The notes under the pieces are model-generated. The model was not told where the DNA came from. It did not search any database and worked only from the letters and a program-made list of their open reading frames with translations. Both the position numbers and the translations under genes were made by a program. DNA of 64,000 bases from an uncultured Chloroflexia bacterium (GTDB lineage: Bacteria > Chloroflexota > Limnocylindria > Limnocylindrales > CSP1-4), in NCBI GenBank assembly GCA_963813535.1, contig CAWEZH010000003.1:480001-544000 (forward strand), read 5' to 3'. Positions 38,679 through 49,645 of the stretch are shown here, one piece after another; the first letter of the stretch is position 1, and the number at the start of each line of letters is the position of its first letter.

Positions 38679-39410
38679 CGTCGGACCGTGGCGAGCACCT
38701 CGGCCTGCGCGGCGAACAGCGTCGCCAGGCCCTCGTCGGCGAGATCGAGCATCGACGACATCGCCGCGCCGATCGAACGGCCGGCCCTCGGCCGTGCCCT
38801 GCAGTTCGACGTAGGTGCTGGCATCGGTCCCGACGACGTTCATGTCGACCTCGGCGCGAGAGTCCTCGCTGTAGTCGAGGTCGAGGTACGTCACGCCATC
38901 GACGATGCCGACCGACACGGCGGCGACCTTGGACACCAGCAGCCGCTCCATGCCGTAGGTGATGAGCGCCATCCCCAGCGCGACGTAGCCACCGGTGATC
39001 GACGCGGTCCGCGTGCCGCCATCGGCCTGGAGCACGTCGCAGTCGACGGTGATCGTTCGCTCGCCGAGGCGCGTCAGGTCGACGACCCCGCGCAGCGAGC
39101 GGCCGATGAGGCGCTGGATCTCGTGGGTGCGGCCACCGATCCGGCCCTTCGCCGATTCGCGATCCGATCGCTCGGCGGTGGCCCGCGGCAGCATCGAGTA
39201 CTCGGCCGTGACCCAGCCGGTCCCCTTGCCGCGGAGGTGCGGCGGCACGCGGTCCGCGATGGTCGCCGCGCACAGGACCTGGGTGTCACCGAACCGGACG
39301 AGGCACGAGCCCTCGGCCCACTTCTGGACGCCCAGCTCGAACCTGATCGGCCGGAGGTCGCGGGGACCTCGGCCGTCGGCGCGCGTGGTCGGTGGATTGC
39401 CGATGGTCAT
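38675..39410 (-). CDS. rph: ribonuclease PH (frameshift near 38768)
   Basis: [40 protein letters not shown]; C-terminal helix MLDLADEG...* in another frame. Confidence 0.9.
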
Positions 39411-40579
39411 GTCGTCACCCTCTCCTCCGCCTTGGCGGTATCCCACAGTTCGTCGAGCGCCTCGAAATCGAGGTCGCGCAGGGCGACGCCGCGCTCGGCT
39501 GCCAGCGATTCGACCCGCCCGAATCGTCGCCGGAATTTGGCGTTCGCGGCGCGCAGCGCCGACTCGGCCTCGATGCCGCGCTTGCGGGCGACATTGACGA
39601 GCACGAACAACAGGTCCCCGAGCTCCTCGGCCCAGGCCCCCGGATCGGCGTCGTCGGCTTCGGCCTCGCGCAGCTCCTCGGTCTCCTCGACGACCTTGTC
39701 GAGCACACCGTCGATCGACGGCCAGTCGTACCCGATGTTCGCAGCCCGTTCCTGCATCTCCTGGCTGGCGGCGAGCGCCGGGAGCGATCCCGAGATCCCG
39801 TCCAGCGCGCCCTTGGCCGCGGCTCCGTCCGCCTCACCCTCGCGTTCGGCCGCCTTGATCCGCTCCCACTGGCGGTTCACGTCCGACGCGGTGCGAGCTT
39901 CTGCGTCACCGAAGACGTGGGGGTGCCGCCGGACGATCTTGGTCGCGATCGCGGCCTGCACGTCGGTCAGGTCGAAGACGCCGGCCTCGGCCGCCAGCTG
40001 GGCGTGCAGGACGATCTGCAGCCACAGGTCGCCGAGCTCGCCGGCCAGCTCCGGCGTGGCGCCCGCCTCGAGCGCGTCGTAGACCTCGTACGCCTCCTCG
40101 AGCAGGTGGCTGCGCAGGGTCTGGTGCGTCTGCTCGCGATCCCACGGGCAGCCGTCGGGTGCGCGGAGGCGGTCGCTGATGGCCGGCATCGCCCACGGCC
40201 CGAACACCGCGGCCTGGGGCTCGAGCGGTGCGAGGTAGAAGGGCGCCACCAGGTCGTCGTCGGTCAGTGCCGCCACCGTCGTCGGCGGTGCCGTACCGAA
40301 GCGTCCGACGGGGTGCTCCCCCGGATAGGCCCGGGCGAGGACGTCCAGGGCGCGCCGGCCGCGCGGCCCGTGGCGGCCCGGCAGCGGCGTGACCACGTCA
40401 CTCGCCGCGCCCGCGACCGGCGGACCCCCGGCGTGCAGCATCGCGATCGGGACGACCAATGCAGGTCGAGACGGCTCGAGCGGTGTGCCGACGAGCCGTT
40501 CGCTGGCGATGACCTGCAGGCCGGCGGCCGGATCGAGGCCGAACCGGAGTCGCGCCTCGGTGACGAGGGCGTCCAGCAC
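39407..40579 (-). CDS. mazG: nucleoside triphosphate pyrophosphohydrolase MazG with degenerate N-terminal (YabN-like) region
   Basis: [23 protein letters not shown] twice, RRHPHVF. Confidence 0.92.
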   Translation of the reverse strand: MLDALVTEARLRFGLDPAAGLQVIASERLVGTPLEPSRPALVVPIAMLHAGGPPVAGAASDVVTPLPGRHGPRGRRALDVLARAYPGEHPVGRFGTAPPTTVAALTDDDLVAPFYLAPLEPQAAVFGPWAMPAISDRLRAPDGCPWDREQTHQTLRSHLLEEAYEVYDALEAGATPELAGELGDLWLQIVLHAQLAAEAGVFDLTDVQAAIATKIVRRHPHVFGDAEARTASDVNRQWERIKAAEREGEADGAAAKGALDGISGSLPALAASQEMQERAANIGYDWPSIDGVLDKVVEETEELREAEADDADPGAWAEELGDLLFVLVNVARKRGIEAESALRAANAKFRRRFGRVESLAAERGVALRDLDFEALDELWDTAKAEERVTT

Positions 40580-40585
40580 CTCTGC

Positions 40586-42328
40586 CTAACCGGCCGTCCC
40601 GGAGGTGATCAACTCGTCGCGCTCGATCGTCACGGCATCCTTCTTGGGCTGGTACCAGTCCGAGAACAGCCGCGAGCGGATCTCCTCGAGCTGGCGCCCC
40701 TCGGCGGTCCGCTCCTCCTCGGCGGTGACGAGGAACAGGTACTGGCCGTCATCCTCGACCGCCACGACGTCCGAGGTCTTGCCGATCGGGGCCGCGAAGA
40801 TCGCGGTGGTCTTGGGCGTCTCGAGCTGGCCGTTGGCGATCCAGCCGAGATCGCCACCACGGGACGCCTCCTGGCCCTCGGACACGTCGCGTGCGATCTC
40901 GGCGAAGTCGGCACTGCCGGCGTCCACGCGTCGCTTGATGTCGGCCAGGTCGGGCGCATGGCTGATGACCTGGACGATGTGGTAGCCGAACTCCGTCTTG
41001 ATGGGCGCCAGCAGCTGGCCATCGGTCGGCTTGGCGTCGAGGATCGGCTTCGAGAAGCTCGGGACGTAGCTGCTGTCGGCGCTGACGTACGCCTCGAGGA
41101 CGCCGCCACTCCCCTGCGGGCCACGGGCGCTCTCCTCGTCGCTGACCTCGCGGGCCAGTGCGTCGAACCCGTCGACGTCGTTCTTGAGCCGGACATAGGC
41201 AGCATCGGCGTCCAGCTTGGCCTGGCCCCACGACGGATCGTCCGGCGGGATCTCACCGTTGCTCGCCGCCTGGGCATCGTCCTTCGGCGAGAACAGGATG
41301 TGGCGGACCTTGACCGCGTCGTCCGGAAGCTCGACCGTCTCCTGGCTCAGGTAGATCTGCGCCGCCTCGCGCTGGGGAGCGGGCTTGCTCGCGTCCGCCA
41401 CGAGCTTGTCCTCGAGCTTCGTCCGGACGACGTCCCCGCGGACGACGTTGCGGTACTTCGCGAGGTCGATGCCGTCGTTGACGAGCGTCTCCTGGTAGGC
41501 ATCGTCGACGGCCTCCGGCGCGATCTCGGTCACCCGGCCGATCCGGAAGATGCCGTCGTCGCCCTGGACGACGTCGGTCGGCGCGTTCGCGGCCGCACCG
41601 AACACGGCCGTCATGAACGCCTCGTCGAGCTGGGTGCCCTCCTTGGCCAGCCAGCCAAGATCGCCCGCCTGCGGCGCGGTGGCGCTGTCGGTGGACACGG
41701 TCCGGGCCACGTCCTCCCACTTCTTGCCGCCCTTGATGTCGGCGAGGGCCTTGTCGATCGTGGCGCGAGCGGCGGCCGTCTGCTCCGCGGTCGGCTCGGC
41801 CGCTCCCGTGTCGAGCGTCGGCTTGACCTCGATCTGCCAGACATGACGCGATTCCTTGGTCGTGGCCTCCTCGAGGAGCTTGGCGTCGATGTCCTCGTCG
41901 CTGACGCTCACGCCTTCCTCGCCGGCCAGGCCGGCCTGGATCCGGTTGTCGATGATGCGCTCGAGCGAGCTCGGCACCAGATCCTGGCGCTGCTGATCGA
42001 TGAACTGGGTCTGCAGCTCGGCCTGGCTCGGGGTCAGCTGCCCGGCGGCGACCTGCGTGCTGATGCGGCGCCCGGCGATCTCGAGGCGCCAGCCCTCGAT
42101 CTCGGATCGCTCGCGGAGCTCGTCCTTGGTGATCGACTGGCCGTTGACGCTCCCGACCGGTGCCAGGTGGTCGTTGTAGTAACTGAGGATGACGGCGACG
42201 CCCAGGATGGCGACCGCCGCCACGACGGCAAGGCCGAAACCCAGGTTGAGGTAGAAGTTGCGGCGGTCGCGGCTGTCCCATGACGGTCTATGGACACGCT
42301 TCACGATCGGCCTGGCTCGAAAAGTCAT
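40586..42328 (-). CDS. SurA/PrsA-like parvulin peptidyl-prolyl isomerase, membrane-anchored
   Basis: N-terminal TM, SurA_N-like region, multiple rotamase domains (GDLGW, VRHIL, TEFGYHI). Confidence 0.9.
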   Translation of the reverse strand: MTFRARPIVKRVHRPSWDSRDRRNFYLNLGFGLAVVAAVAILGVAVILSYYNDHLAPVGSVNGQSITKDELRERSEIEGWRLEIAGRRISTQVAAGQLTPSQAELQTQFIDQQRQDLVPSSLERIIDNRIQAGLAGEEGVSVSDEDIDAKLLEEATTKESRHVWQIEVKPTLDTGAAEPTAEQTAAARATIDKALADIKGGKKWEDVARTVSTDSATAPQAGDLGWLAKEGTQLDEAFMTAVFGAAANAPTDVVQGDDGIFRIGRVTEIAPEAVDDAYQETLVNDGIDLAKYRNVVRGDVVRTKLEDKLVADASKPAPQREAAQIYLSQETVELPDDAVKVRHILFSPKDDAQAASNGEIPPDDPSWGQAKLDADAAYVRLKNDVDGFDALAREVSDEESARGPQGSGGVLEAYVSADSSYVPSFSKPILDAKPTDGQLLAPIKTEFGYHIVQVISHAPDLADIKRRVDAGSADFAEIARDVSEGQEASRGGDLGWIANGQLETPKTTAIFAAPIGKTSDVVAVEDDGQYLFLVTAEEERTAEGRQLEEIRSRLFSDWYQPKKDAVTIERDELITSGTAG

Positions 42329-42457
42329 TCGGTGTTGGTTCCTGATGGCAAGGTGGCATGGCCGACGATGGCCGACGAGGGCCGGACGTTCGTTGGGCGG
42401 CCGGTATCGTATCGTAATGTCCGGGTCGGCCCGTTCCCGGGCAGTCAGCCCAGGAGG

Positions 42458-43513
42458 ATGTCCATCAACGGATCCACGCATCTCCGTGGCCGGCGCGTGC
42501 TGGTCACCGGCGGCTCCGGGACGATCGGGGCACGTCTGGTGGACCACCTGATCGAGTCGGGTCCGGCCGTCGTGCGGGTCTTCGGGCGCGACGAGACGAA
42601 GCAGTTCTACCAGCGCCATCGGCATCGGGGCAGGGACGTCCGGTTCCTGATCGGCGACATCCGCGATCGCGATCGCCTCGTGCGTGCCTGCGAAGGGATC
42701 GACGTCGTCTTCCATTGCGCGGCGCTCAAGCACGTCGAGTCCGGCGAGTACAACCCGTTCGAGGCCACGCTCACCAACGTCACCGGGACGCAGAACGTGA
42801 TCGACGCCTGCCTGGCGAGCGGGGTCGACACGATGATCCTCACCTCGTCCGACAAGGCGGCCAATCCGACCTCGGTGATGGGCGCGAGCAAGCTCCTCGC
42901 CGAGAAGCTCGTGAGCGCCGCGACCAACTACCGCGGCTCCCATCCGACGACGTTCGCCAGCGTTCGCTTCGGCAACGTGCTCGGGTCGCGGGGATCGGCC
43001 ATCGAGCTGTTCGCCCGGCAGATCGCGGCCGGCGGTCCGGTGACCGTGACCGACCCCGAGATGACGCGCTTCATCATGAGCGTGGACCGCGCCGTCGAGC
43101 TCGCGATCAAGGCGGCCGAGATCGCCCGGGGCGGTGAGGTGTTCGTGTTCAAGATGCCGGTCGCCCGGCTCGCCGACCTCATCTCGGCCACGATCGACGT
43201 GGTCGCGCCGACGCATGGCCTCGAGCCGGCGGCGATCCGACGTGAACCCATCGAGCCGCGCGCCGGCGAGAAGGCGTACGAGGAACTGATGACCGAGGAC
43301 GAGGCGACCCGCGCCGTCGATCTCGGCGACATGTTCGCGGTCCTGCCGTCCATCGAGATCGCGCCCGAGGTCCGCTCGGCGTATGCCGACCTGCCGTCGG
43401 CACCGGGCGGCGCCTATCGCTCCGATGGCGTCGAGCCGCTCGACCTGGACGGCGTCCGTCGCCTCGTCGCGGAGTCCTTCGAGTCGGAGCGGCGCGCCGA
43501 GATCCCGGCATGA
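42458..43513 (+). CDS. UDP-GlcNAc 4,6-dehydratase (PseB/CapD-like)
   Basis: TGGSGTIG, HCAALKHV, SSDKA, MGASK, VRFGNVLGSRGS. Confidence 0.9.
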   Translation: MSINGSTHLRGRRVLVTGGSGTIGARLVDHLIESGPAVVRVFGRDETKQFYQRHRHRGRDVRFLIGDIRDRDRLVRACEGIDVVFHCAALKHVESGEYNPFEATLTNVTGTQNVIDACLASGVDTMILTSSDKAANPTSVMGASKLLAEKLVSAATNYRGSHPTTFASVRFGNVLGSRGSAIELFARQIAAGGPVTVTDPEMTRFIMSVDRAVELAIKAAEIARGGEVFVFKMPVARLADLISATIDVVAPTHGLEPAAIRREPIEPRAGEKAYEELMTEDEATRAVDLGDMFAVLPSIEIAPEVRSAYADLPSAPGGAYRSDGVEPLDLDGVRRLVAESFESERRAEIPA

Positions 43514-44463
43514 GGGTCCTCGTGACCGGGGCGGCCGGCTTCATCGGCCGTTGGGTGGTCGGTGAGCTCCTCGATGCCGGTCACGACGTCCTGCCGATCG
43601 ACAACCTGGTGGCCGGCGACGAGCGATCGCTCGAGGAGTTCGCGGGGCATCCGGGCCTGCGGCCGTTCGAGCGCGGCGATGTCCGGGACGCCGCGGCGTG
43701 CCGGCGCTGGCTGAGGGACGTCGACGCCGTCGCGCATCTCGCCGCATCGATCTCGGTCCAGGAGTCGATCGACGACCCGGCCACGACATTCGAGAACGAC
43801 GTCGTCGGGACGTTCAACGTGCTCGAGGCCGCGCGCCTGACCGGCGCTCGGGTGCTGTTCATGAGCACGTGCATGGTCTATGACCGGGCAGATCGCACCG
43901 GCATCGCCGAGGATCATCCGACGAAACCGGCGTCGCCGTACGCCGCGGCGAAGCTGGCCGGCGAGGCACTGACGCTGTCCTACCACCACGCGTACGAGCT
44001 GCCGACGACCGTGGTCCGACCGTTCAACACCTATGGCCCGTTCCAGCGGTCCGTCGGCGAGGGCGGGGTCGTGGCGATCTTCACCCGGCGGTCCATCCTC
44101 GGCGAGGAGCTGCGCATCTTCGGCGACGGGACGCAGACCCGCGACCTGCTCTACGTCGAGGACTGCGCACGGTTCGTGGTCGCGGCACTGACCTCAGACC
44201 GGGTGACCGGCCGGATCCTCAATGCGGGCACCGGCACGGACGTGAGCGTCAACGAGCTGGCGGCCCTGGTCGAGCCGGACCCGGGCCGGATCGTGCATGT
44301 CCCGCACATCCATCCCCAGAGCGAGATCGCCGTGCTGCGCTGCGACCCGACCCTGGCCGGCGAGCTGCTCGACTGGCGGCCGACCGTGGCACTGCCCGAG
44401 GGGCTCGCCCGGGTCCGTGCCTGGATGGAGGAGCGCCTGGGGGCCGGGGTCCCGGTCCACTGA
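43510..44463 (+). CDS. NAD-dependent nucleotide-sugar epimerase/dehydratase
   Basis: TGAAGFIG, YAAAK, RPFNTYGP. Confidence 0.92.
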   Translation: MRVLVTGAAGFIGRWVVGELLDAGHDVLPIDNLVAGDERSLEEFAGHPGLRPFERGDVRDAAACRRWLRDVDAVAHLAASISVQESIDDPATTFENDVVGTFNVLEAARLTGARVLFMSTCMVYDRADRTGIAEDHPTKPASPYAAAKLAGEALTLSYHHAYELPTTVVRPFNTYGPFQRSVGEGGVVAIFTRRSILGEELRIFGDGTQTRDLLYVEDCARFVVAALTSDRVTGRILNAGTGTDVSVNELAALVEPDPGRIVHVPHIHPQSEIAVLRCDPTLAGELLDWRPTVALPEGLARVRAWMEERLGAGVPVH

Positions 44464-45666
44464 TGGGCACCGGCGCGGCCACGCGGCTGGCGATCGATGG
44501 CGGCACGCCCGTCCGAGCGACGTTCCTGCCGTATGCCCACCAGGTCATCTCGGACGAGGACGTCGCGGCGGTCGGGGAGGCGCTGCGCTCGGACTGGCTC
44601 ACGACCGGTCCGCGTGTCCCGGCGTTCGAAGGCGCGCTTGCCGAGGCCACCGGCGTGCGGCACGCGGTCGCGTTCAGCTCGGGGACGGCGGCGCTGCACG
44701 GCGCGGTCGTGGCCGCAGGCCTGGGGCCGGGCGATGAGGCGATCACGACCCCCATGAGCTTCGTGGCGACGGCCAATGCCGTGCTGTACGCCGGGGCGAC
44801 GCCCCGCTTCGCCGACGTCACCGCGGACGATCTGCTCATCTCGCCCGACGCGGTCGGTGCGTCGCTGACGCCCGCGACTCGCGCGATCGTGGCTGTCGAC
44901 TACGCGGGTCATCCCGCCGACTACGACGCGCTCCGACGGGTCGCCGACGCTGCCCCGGCCGGGCCGGTCGTGCTCATCGCCGACGCGGCGCATTCACTGG
45001 GCGCCACGCGCGGTGGCCGGGTGGTGGGCACGCTCGCGGATCTGACCGTGCTCAGCCTGCATCCGGCCAAGATCCTGACGACCGGCGAGGGCGGTGCCGT
45101 CCTGACCGACGACGATGCGCGGGCGGATGCCTTGCGACGCTTCCGCAACCACGGCATCGCGACCGAGCTCGCCGACCGGCGCGACTGGACATACGCGATG
45201 GTCGAGCTCGGCTACAACTACCGGCTCACGGACGTGGCCGCTGCCCTCGGGTCATCGCAGATCCGTCGCCTCGGCGAGTTCCTCGAGCGCCGTCGCGCGC
45301 TCGCCGCGCGCTACCTGGAGCGCCTCGCCGGTCACCCGGCCGTCGAGTCACCGGCGGTCGCCGACGACACCGATCCCGCGTGGCACTTCCTGTTCGCCCG
45401 GCTGCGGCTCGACCGCCTCACCGCCGACCGGGGCGCCGTCTATCGAGCCCTGCGGGCCGAGAACATCGGCGTGAACGTCCACTACATCCCGATCCACACG
45501 CACCCCTACTACCGCGAGCGGTTCCCGGGAGTCTCGATGCCGGTCGCGGAGGCGCAGTACGAGCGCCTGCTGACGCTGCCGCTCCACGCGGGCATGCGCG
45601 ACGCCGACGTCGACGATGTGGTGACCGCGCTCGACAAGGTCGCCGAGGCGTACCTGCATCCGCTGA
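44463..45666 (+). CDS. DegT/PseC-like nucleotide-sugar aminotransferase (probable frameshift just before stop)
   Basis: SSGTAALH, DAAHSLG, SLHPAKILTTGEGG, GYNYRL, VNVHYIP. Confidence 0.88.
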
Positions 45667-45680
45667 CGAAGGAGTCCGTC

Positions 45681-46379
45681 TTGGATCTGATCCGCAAACC
45701 GGTCCGCCGCCTCCGACGAGCGCTTCGCCCGAAGGCCAGTCCGGCTCCGGCCCCCGCCAAGGCGCCGCCGCTACGCACACCGCCGACCGTCCTGCCCAAG
45801 GACGAGCTGCACTCGTTCTGGCGTGACCCGGACGAGCCGAATCGACCGGAGGAATACCTCGCCCACGCCGGACGCAGCCGCTTCCTGGTCGAGTTCGTCA
45901 AGCCGTATCTCGGCCCCGAGCCGACGATCCTCGAGATCGGCTGCAACGTCGGGCGGAACCTCGCCCACCTGTACGACGCGGGCTACCGGCGCCTGACCGG
46001 GATCGAGATCAACGGCGAGGCGCTGGCGCTCCTGCGTACGACGTATCCCGAGATGGCTGCGGCGGCAACGCTCATCAACGCTCCCGTCGAGGAGGCGATC
46101 CGGGAGATCCCCGATGCGTCGTTGGACCTCGTGTACACGATGGCGGTCCTGGAGCACATCCATCCCGACAGCGAGTGGATCTTCGACGAGATCGTTCGCA
46201 TCACCCGCGGGACCGTGGTGACCGTCGAGGACGAGCACGGCGTCTCGCGTCATCACACCCCGCGCGACTATCGGGTCGTCTTCGAGTCCCGCGGCCTCAA
46301 GCACGTGGCGCAACAGAGCATCGACGCCGACGGCGGGTTCGGGACGGCGTTCGAAGCACGCGTCTTCGAGGTGGCATGA
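45681..46379 (+). CDS. class I SAM-dependent methyltransferase
   Basis: TTG after AAGGAG; LEIGCNVG, GIEIN, TMAVLEHI. Confidence 0.8.
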   Translation: MDLIRKPVRRLRRALRPKASPAPAPAKAPPLRTPPTVLPKDELHSFWRDPDEPNRPEEYLAHAGRSRFLVEFVKPYLGPEPTILEIGCNVGRNLAHLYDAGYRRLTGIEINGEALALLRTTYPEMAAAATLINAPVEEAIREIPDASLDLVYTMAVLEHIHPDSEWIFDEIVRITRGTVVTVEDEHGVSRHHTPRDYRVVFESRGLKHVAQQSIDADGGFGTAFEARVFEVA

Positions 46380-47173
46380 CCGAGGGCGGATCCGGGCGGT
46401 CGGGCGAGCCGGTGATTGTCGCCGTGGTCCAGGCGCGGATGCGCTCGACCCGCCTGCCGGGCAAGGTGCTCACGGACATCGAGGGCGAACCGCTGCTGGC
46501 GTGGACCGTGGCCGGCGTGCAGGCGATCCGTGGCCTCTCGGCGGTCGTCGTCGCGACGACCACGGATGCCAGCGATGATGCCGTCGTGATCGAGGCGGAG
46601 CGGCTCGGAGTGGCGGTGCACCGCGGCTCGACCGACGACGTCCTGTCGCGCTGCTTCGATGCGCTCGCGCCGTTCGCGCCGGAGGTGGTCGTCCGGCAGA
46701 CCGCCGACAACCCGTTCCCGGATCCCGGTGTCGCCGAGGGACAGGTGCGGGCGCTCCTCGAGCGCGACCTCGACTACGTCGGCATCGAGGGCTGGCCGCT
46801 GGGCATCGCCGCCGAGGCGTGCCGTTTCTCAGCCCTGGCGACCGCTCATCGGGAGGCGACGGAGGCAGCCGATCGCGAGCACGTGCTGCCGTTCCTGTAT
46901 CGGCACCCCGACCGGTTCCCCGTCGGCCAGGTCCCGCGAGCCGGCTCAGCGCGACCCGCGGCCGCGCGAGCGCGCTATACCGTCGATACCGATGCGGACC
47001 TGGCCTTCGCACGGGCCGTCGCGGCACGGTTGGGCCACGGGCCACCGGTCGACCTCGGCGAACTGGAGACGATCATCGAGGACGACCCCGAGCTCCTCGA
47101 GATCAACGCTGGCGTGGCCCAGAGACCGTGGCACGAGGCGCAACCCACGGAGGAGAGCCGATGGACGTCGTGA
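46376..47173 (+). CDS. SpsF-like nonulosonate cytidylyltransferase
   Basis: QARMRSTRLPGKVL, ADNP, REHV, TVDT. Confidence 0.88.
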   Translation: MTEGGSGRSGEPVIVAVVQARMRSTRLPGKVLTDIEGEPLLAWTVAGVQAIRGLSAVVVATTTDASDDAVVIEAERLGVAVHRGSTDDVLSRCFDALAPFAPEVVVRQTADNPFPDPGVAEGQVRALLERDLDYVGIEGWPLGIAAEACRFSALATAHREATEAADREHVLPFLYRHPDRFPVGQVPRAGSARPAAARARYTVDTDADLAFARAVAARLGHGPPVDLGELETIIEDDPELLEINAGVAQRPWHEAQPTEESRWTS

Positions 47174-48207
47174 GGATCGGCGAACGACCGGTCGGGGCCG
47201 GCGCGCCCGTCTACATCATCGCGGAAGCTGGCTCGAACCACGACCGCGACCTCGACCAGGCGAAGCGACTCATCGACGTCGCTGCCGCTGCCGGCGCCGA
47301 CGCGGTCAAGTTCCAGACGTTCCGATCCGACCTGATCGTGGCCGAGACGCCGACACGTGCCGAGTACCTCGACGCGATCCTGCCACCGGGCCAGACCATG
47401 TCCGATCTCTTCCGTCAGCTCGAGCTACCGCGCGACTGGCACGCGACGCTCGCCGACCATGCCGCCCGGCAGGGTCTGGACTTCCTGTCCACCCCGTTCG
47501 ATCACGAGGCTGTCGACCTGCTCGACGAGCTCGGGGTCAAGGCGTTCAAGGTGGCGACGTATGAGCTCTGGCACCTGCCGCTCATCCGCGACATCGCGTC
47601 GCGTGGCAAGCCGATCATCTGCTCGACCGGGATGGCCGACATGGCGGACGTGCAGGCGGCGGTCGACGTCGTGCGCGAGACCGGCAACGAGCAGCTGATC
47701 CTGCTGCACTGCGTCGTGAACTACCCGCCGCCGTTCGCCGACCTGAACCTGCGGGCGATCGAGACGATGCGCCAGGCGTTCGGGGTCCCGGTCGGCTGGA
47801 GCGACCATACGCCCGGCTGGCTGGCGCCCGTGGTCGCCACGACGCTCGGGGCGGCGGTGATCGAGAAGCACTTCACGACGGACCGCGGCCGGCCGGGTCC
47901 CGACCACCGGTTCGCACTCGAGCCCGACGAGCTGGCGGAGATGGTGCGCGCGATCCGCGACACCGAGGCGGCGCTCGGCACGGGTGTGAAGCGCCGCGCC
48001 CCGGCGGAGGATGACCTCTACGTCACGGCCCGCCGGTCGCTCTTCGCGGCCCGGCCGATCGAGGCAGGCACCGTGCTCAGCCCCGACGACATCGCCGTGC
48101 TGCGACCGGGCACCGGGCTCGAGGTCGCCGACCTCGACAAGGTGCTCGGCCGAACGGCACGCCGCCACATCGACCGCCACGAGCCGCTCGCCTGGGACAT
48201 GTTCTGA
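47161..48207 (+). CDS. nonulosonic acid synthase (NeuB/PseI/SpsE family)
   Basis: IAEAGSNH, AVKFQ, STPFD, LLHC, GWSDHT, IEKHFT, C-terminal SAF domain. Confidence 0.95.
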   Translation: MDVVRIGERPVGAGAPVYIIAEAGSNHDRDLDQAKRLIDVAAAAGADAVKFQTFRSDLIVAETPTRAEYLDAILPPGQTMSDLFRQLELPRDWHATLADHAARQGLDFLSTPFDHEAVDLLDELGVKAFKVATYELWHLPLIRDIASRGKPIICSTGMADMADVQAAVDVVRETGNEQLILLHCVVNYPPPFADLNLRAIETMRQAFGVPVGWSDHTPGWLAPVVATTLGAAVIEKHFTTDRGRPGPDHRFALEPDELAEMVRAIRDTEAALGTGVKRRAPAEDDLYVTARRSLFAARPIEAGTVLSPDDIAVLRPGTGLEVADLDKVLGRTARRHIDRHEPLAWDMF

Positions 48208-48210
48208 TCG

Positions 48211-49180
48211 ATGCCGCATGTCGTGCGGATGCGGACGAGTGCCGGCCCCGGCGAGGGACGCGGCCATCTGGCCCGGGCCCTGTCAGTGGCGGAGGCGGTC
48301 TGGCCTGACACCGTCGCGGTGGAGCTCTCGATCGCGCGCGGCGCGCCGACGGCCAGCGAGCGCGACCGGGCCGAGGCCGCGGGTGCTCGGGTGGTCGGCG
48401 CCGGCGCAGCCATCCCCGAGGGCGCGGTCGTCGTCGTCGATGGGCCCGATCCTGATCGCCTCGCGACCGGGATCACGCCCGATCGCCTCGTCGTCTTCGA
48501 CGACAGCGAGCGGTTCGCCGGGGACGCTGCGATGGTCGTCCAGCCGTCGGCCCCGGCATGGGCTGGTCGGGCGCGCGCCGGGAGGGTCCTCGCCGGCTAC
48601 CGCTGGGCGCCGATCGGCGTGGCGTGGCGACGCGTCGTCGGGCTTGCCGAGACGTCTCGGGTCGGCGACCCGCACCTGCTCGTCTGTTTCGGCGGCAGCG
48701 ACCCGCACGACGTGACCGGGCGGCTGGGCGGTCGGCTCGCCGACGACCCGCGCTGGGCGACCACGGTCGTCGTCGGCCCGGACTATGGCGGGGACCTGAT
48801 CGACGATCGCTGGGTGCGTGAGCCGCGCGACCTGCCCGAACGCGTGGCGGCAGCCGACGTCGTGGTCATCGGCGCAGGGACGATGAAATTCGAAGTCGCC
48901 GCGCTCGGGCGGCCGGCCGTGCTCCTCGCCGCGGCCGACGACCAGCTACCGGTGGGCCCGCCGTTCGCGGCGACGGGGGCTGCGCGCTGGCTCGGCGATG
49001 GTCGGACCATCGACCCGGCAACGCGTCATCGAGTCGGTCGCAGCGTTGATGGACGACCCGATGACACGAGCGGCGATGTCTGCCGCGGCTCGCCGGGAGG
49101 TGGATGGGTCCGGCGCCGATCGTCTCGCGGCCGCGATCGCAGGGCTCGCCACGGACGACGGTCAGACCGCGGCCTCGTAG
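48211..49180 (+). CDS. PseG/SpsG-like UDP-sugar hydrolase (frameshift near 49024)
   Basis: GRGHLAR, FGGSD, GAGTMKFE, DDQ; terminal VDGSGADR in shifted frame. Confidence 0.8.
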
Positions 49181-49645
49181 ACGAGGCAGGGCATGCCCCG
49201 CACCTCGGTCATGCCGATCCGTCTGAACCCGGCACCGGTGAACAGCGCGATCGAGGTCAGCATTGTCCGGCCGGATCCGGGCGAGGAACGCGACCGGAGC
49301 GAGCCCCTCGTCGTGCCGCGCTTCGTCGAGCGCGAGTCGCAACAACGTCCGTCCAACGCCTCGACCGCGCGCCGCTGACGCCACCGCGATACCGATCTCG
49401 ACGCGGCCGTCACGGTGACGATCCAGACGGATCTGGCCCACGGGCACGTCGCCGTCCAGTCCGACCAGCAAGCGCCCGGAGGTCGACGCCAGGCGGTCGG
49501 CCAGCCACCGACGGTGGTCGTCTGCCGCGATCGGCTCGGGCTGGAAGCCGGCCGCGCGGGTGACGGGATCGTTGGCCCACTCGAGCAGCAGGGGCCCGTC
49601 GGCCGCGGTGGCCGGTCTGAGGGTGAGCGACGACGACTCCGTCAT
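49162..49645 (-). CDS. GNAT acetyltransferase, PseH-like (frameshift near 49259)
   Basis: LRPA, WANDPVTR, HRRW, ARGRGVG, N..SIALF..AGF. Confidence 0.82.

Noticed and set aside
44463-46379. 638-aa aminotransferase-methyltransferase fusion
   Set aside because: An internal AAGGAG RBS with TTG at 45681 and an out-of-frame TGA at 45664 right at the normal DegT end indicate two genes joined by a one-base indel.
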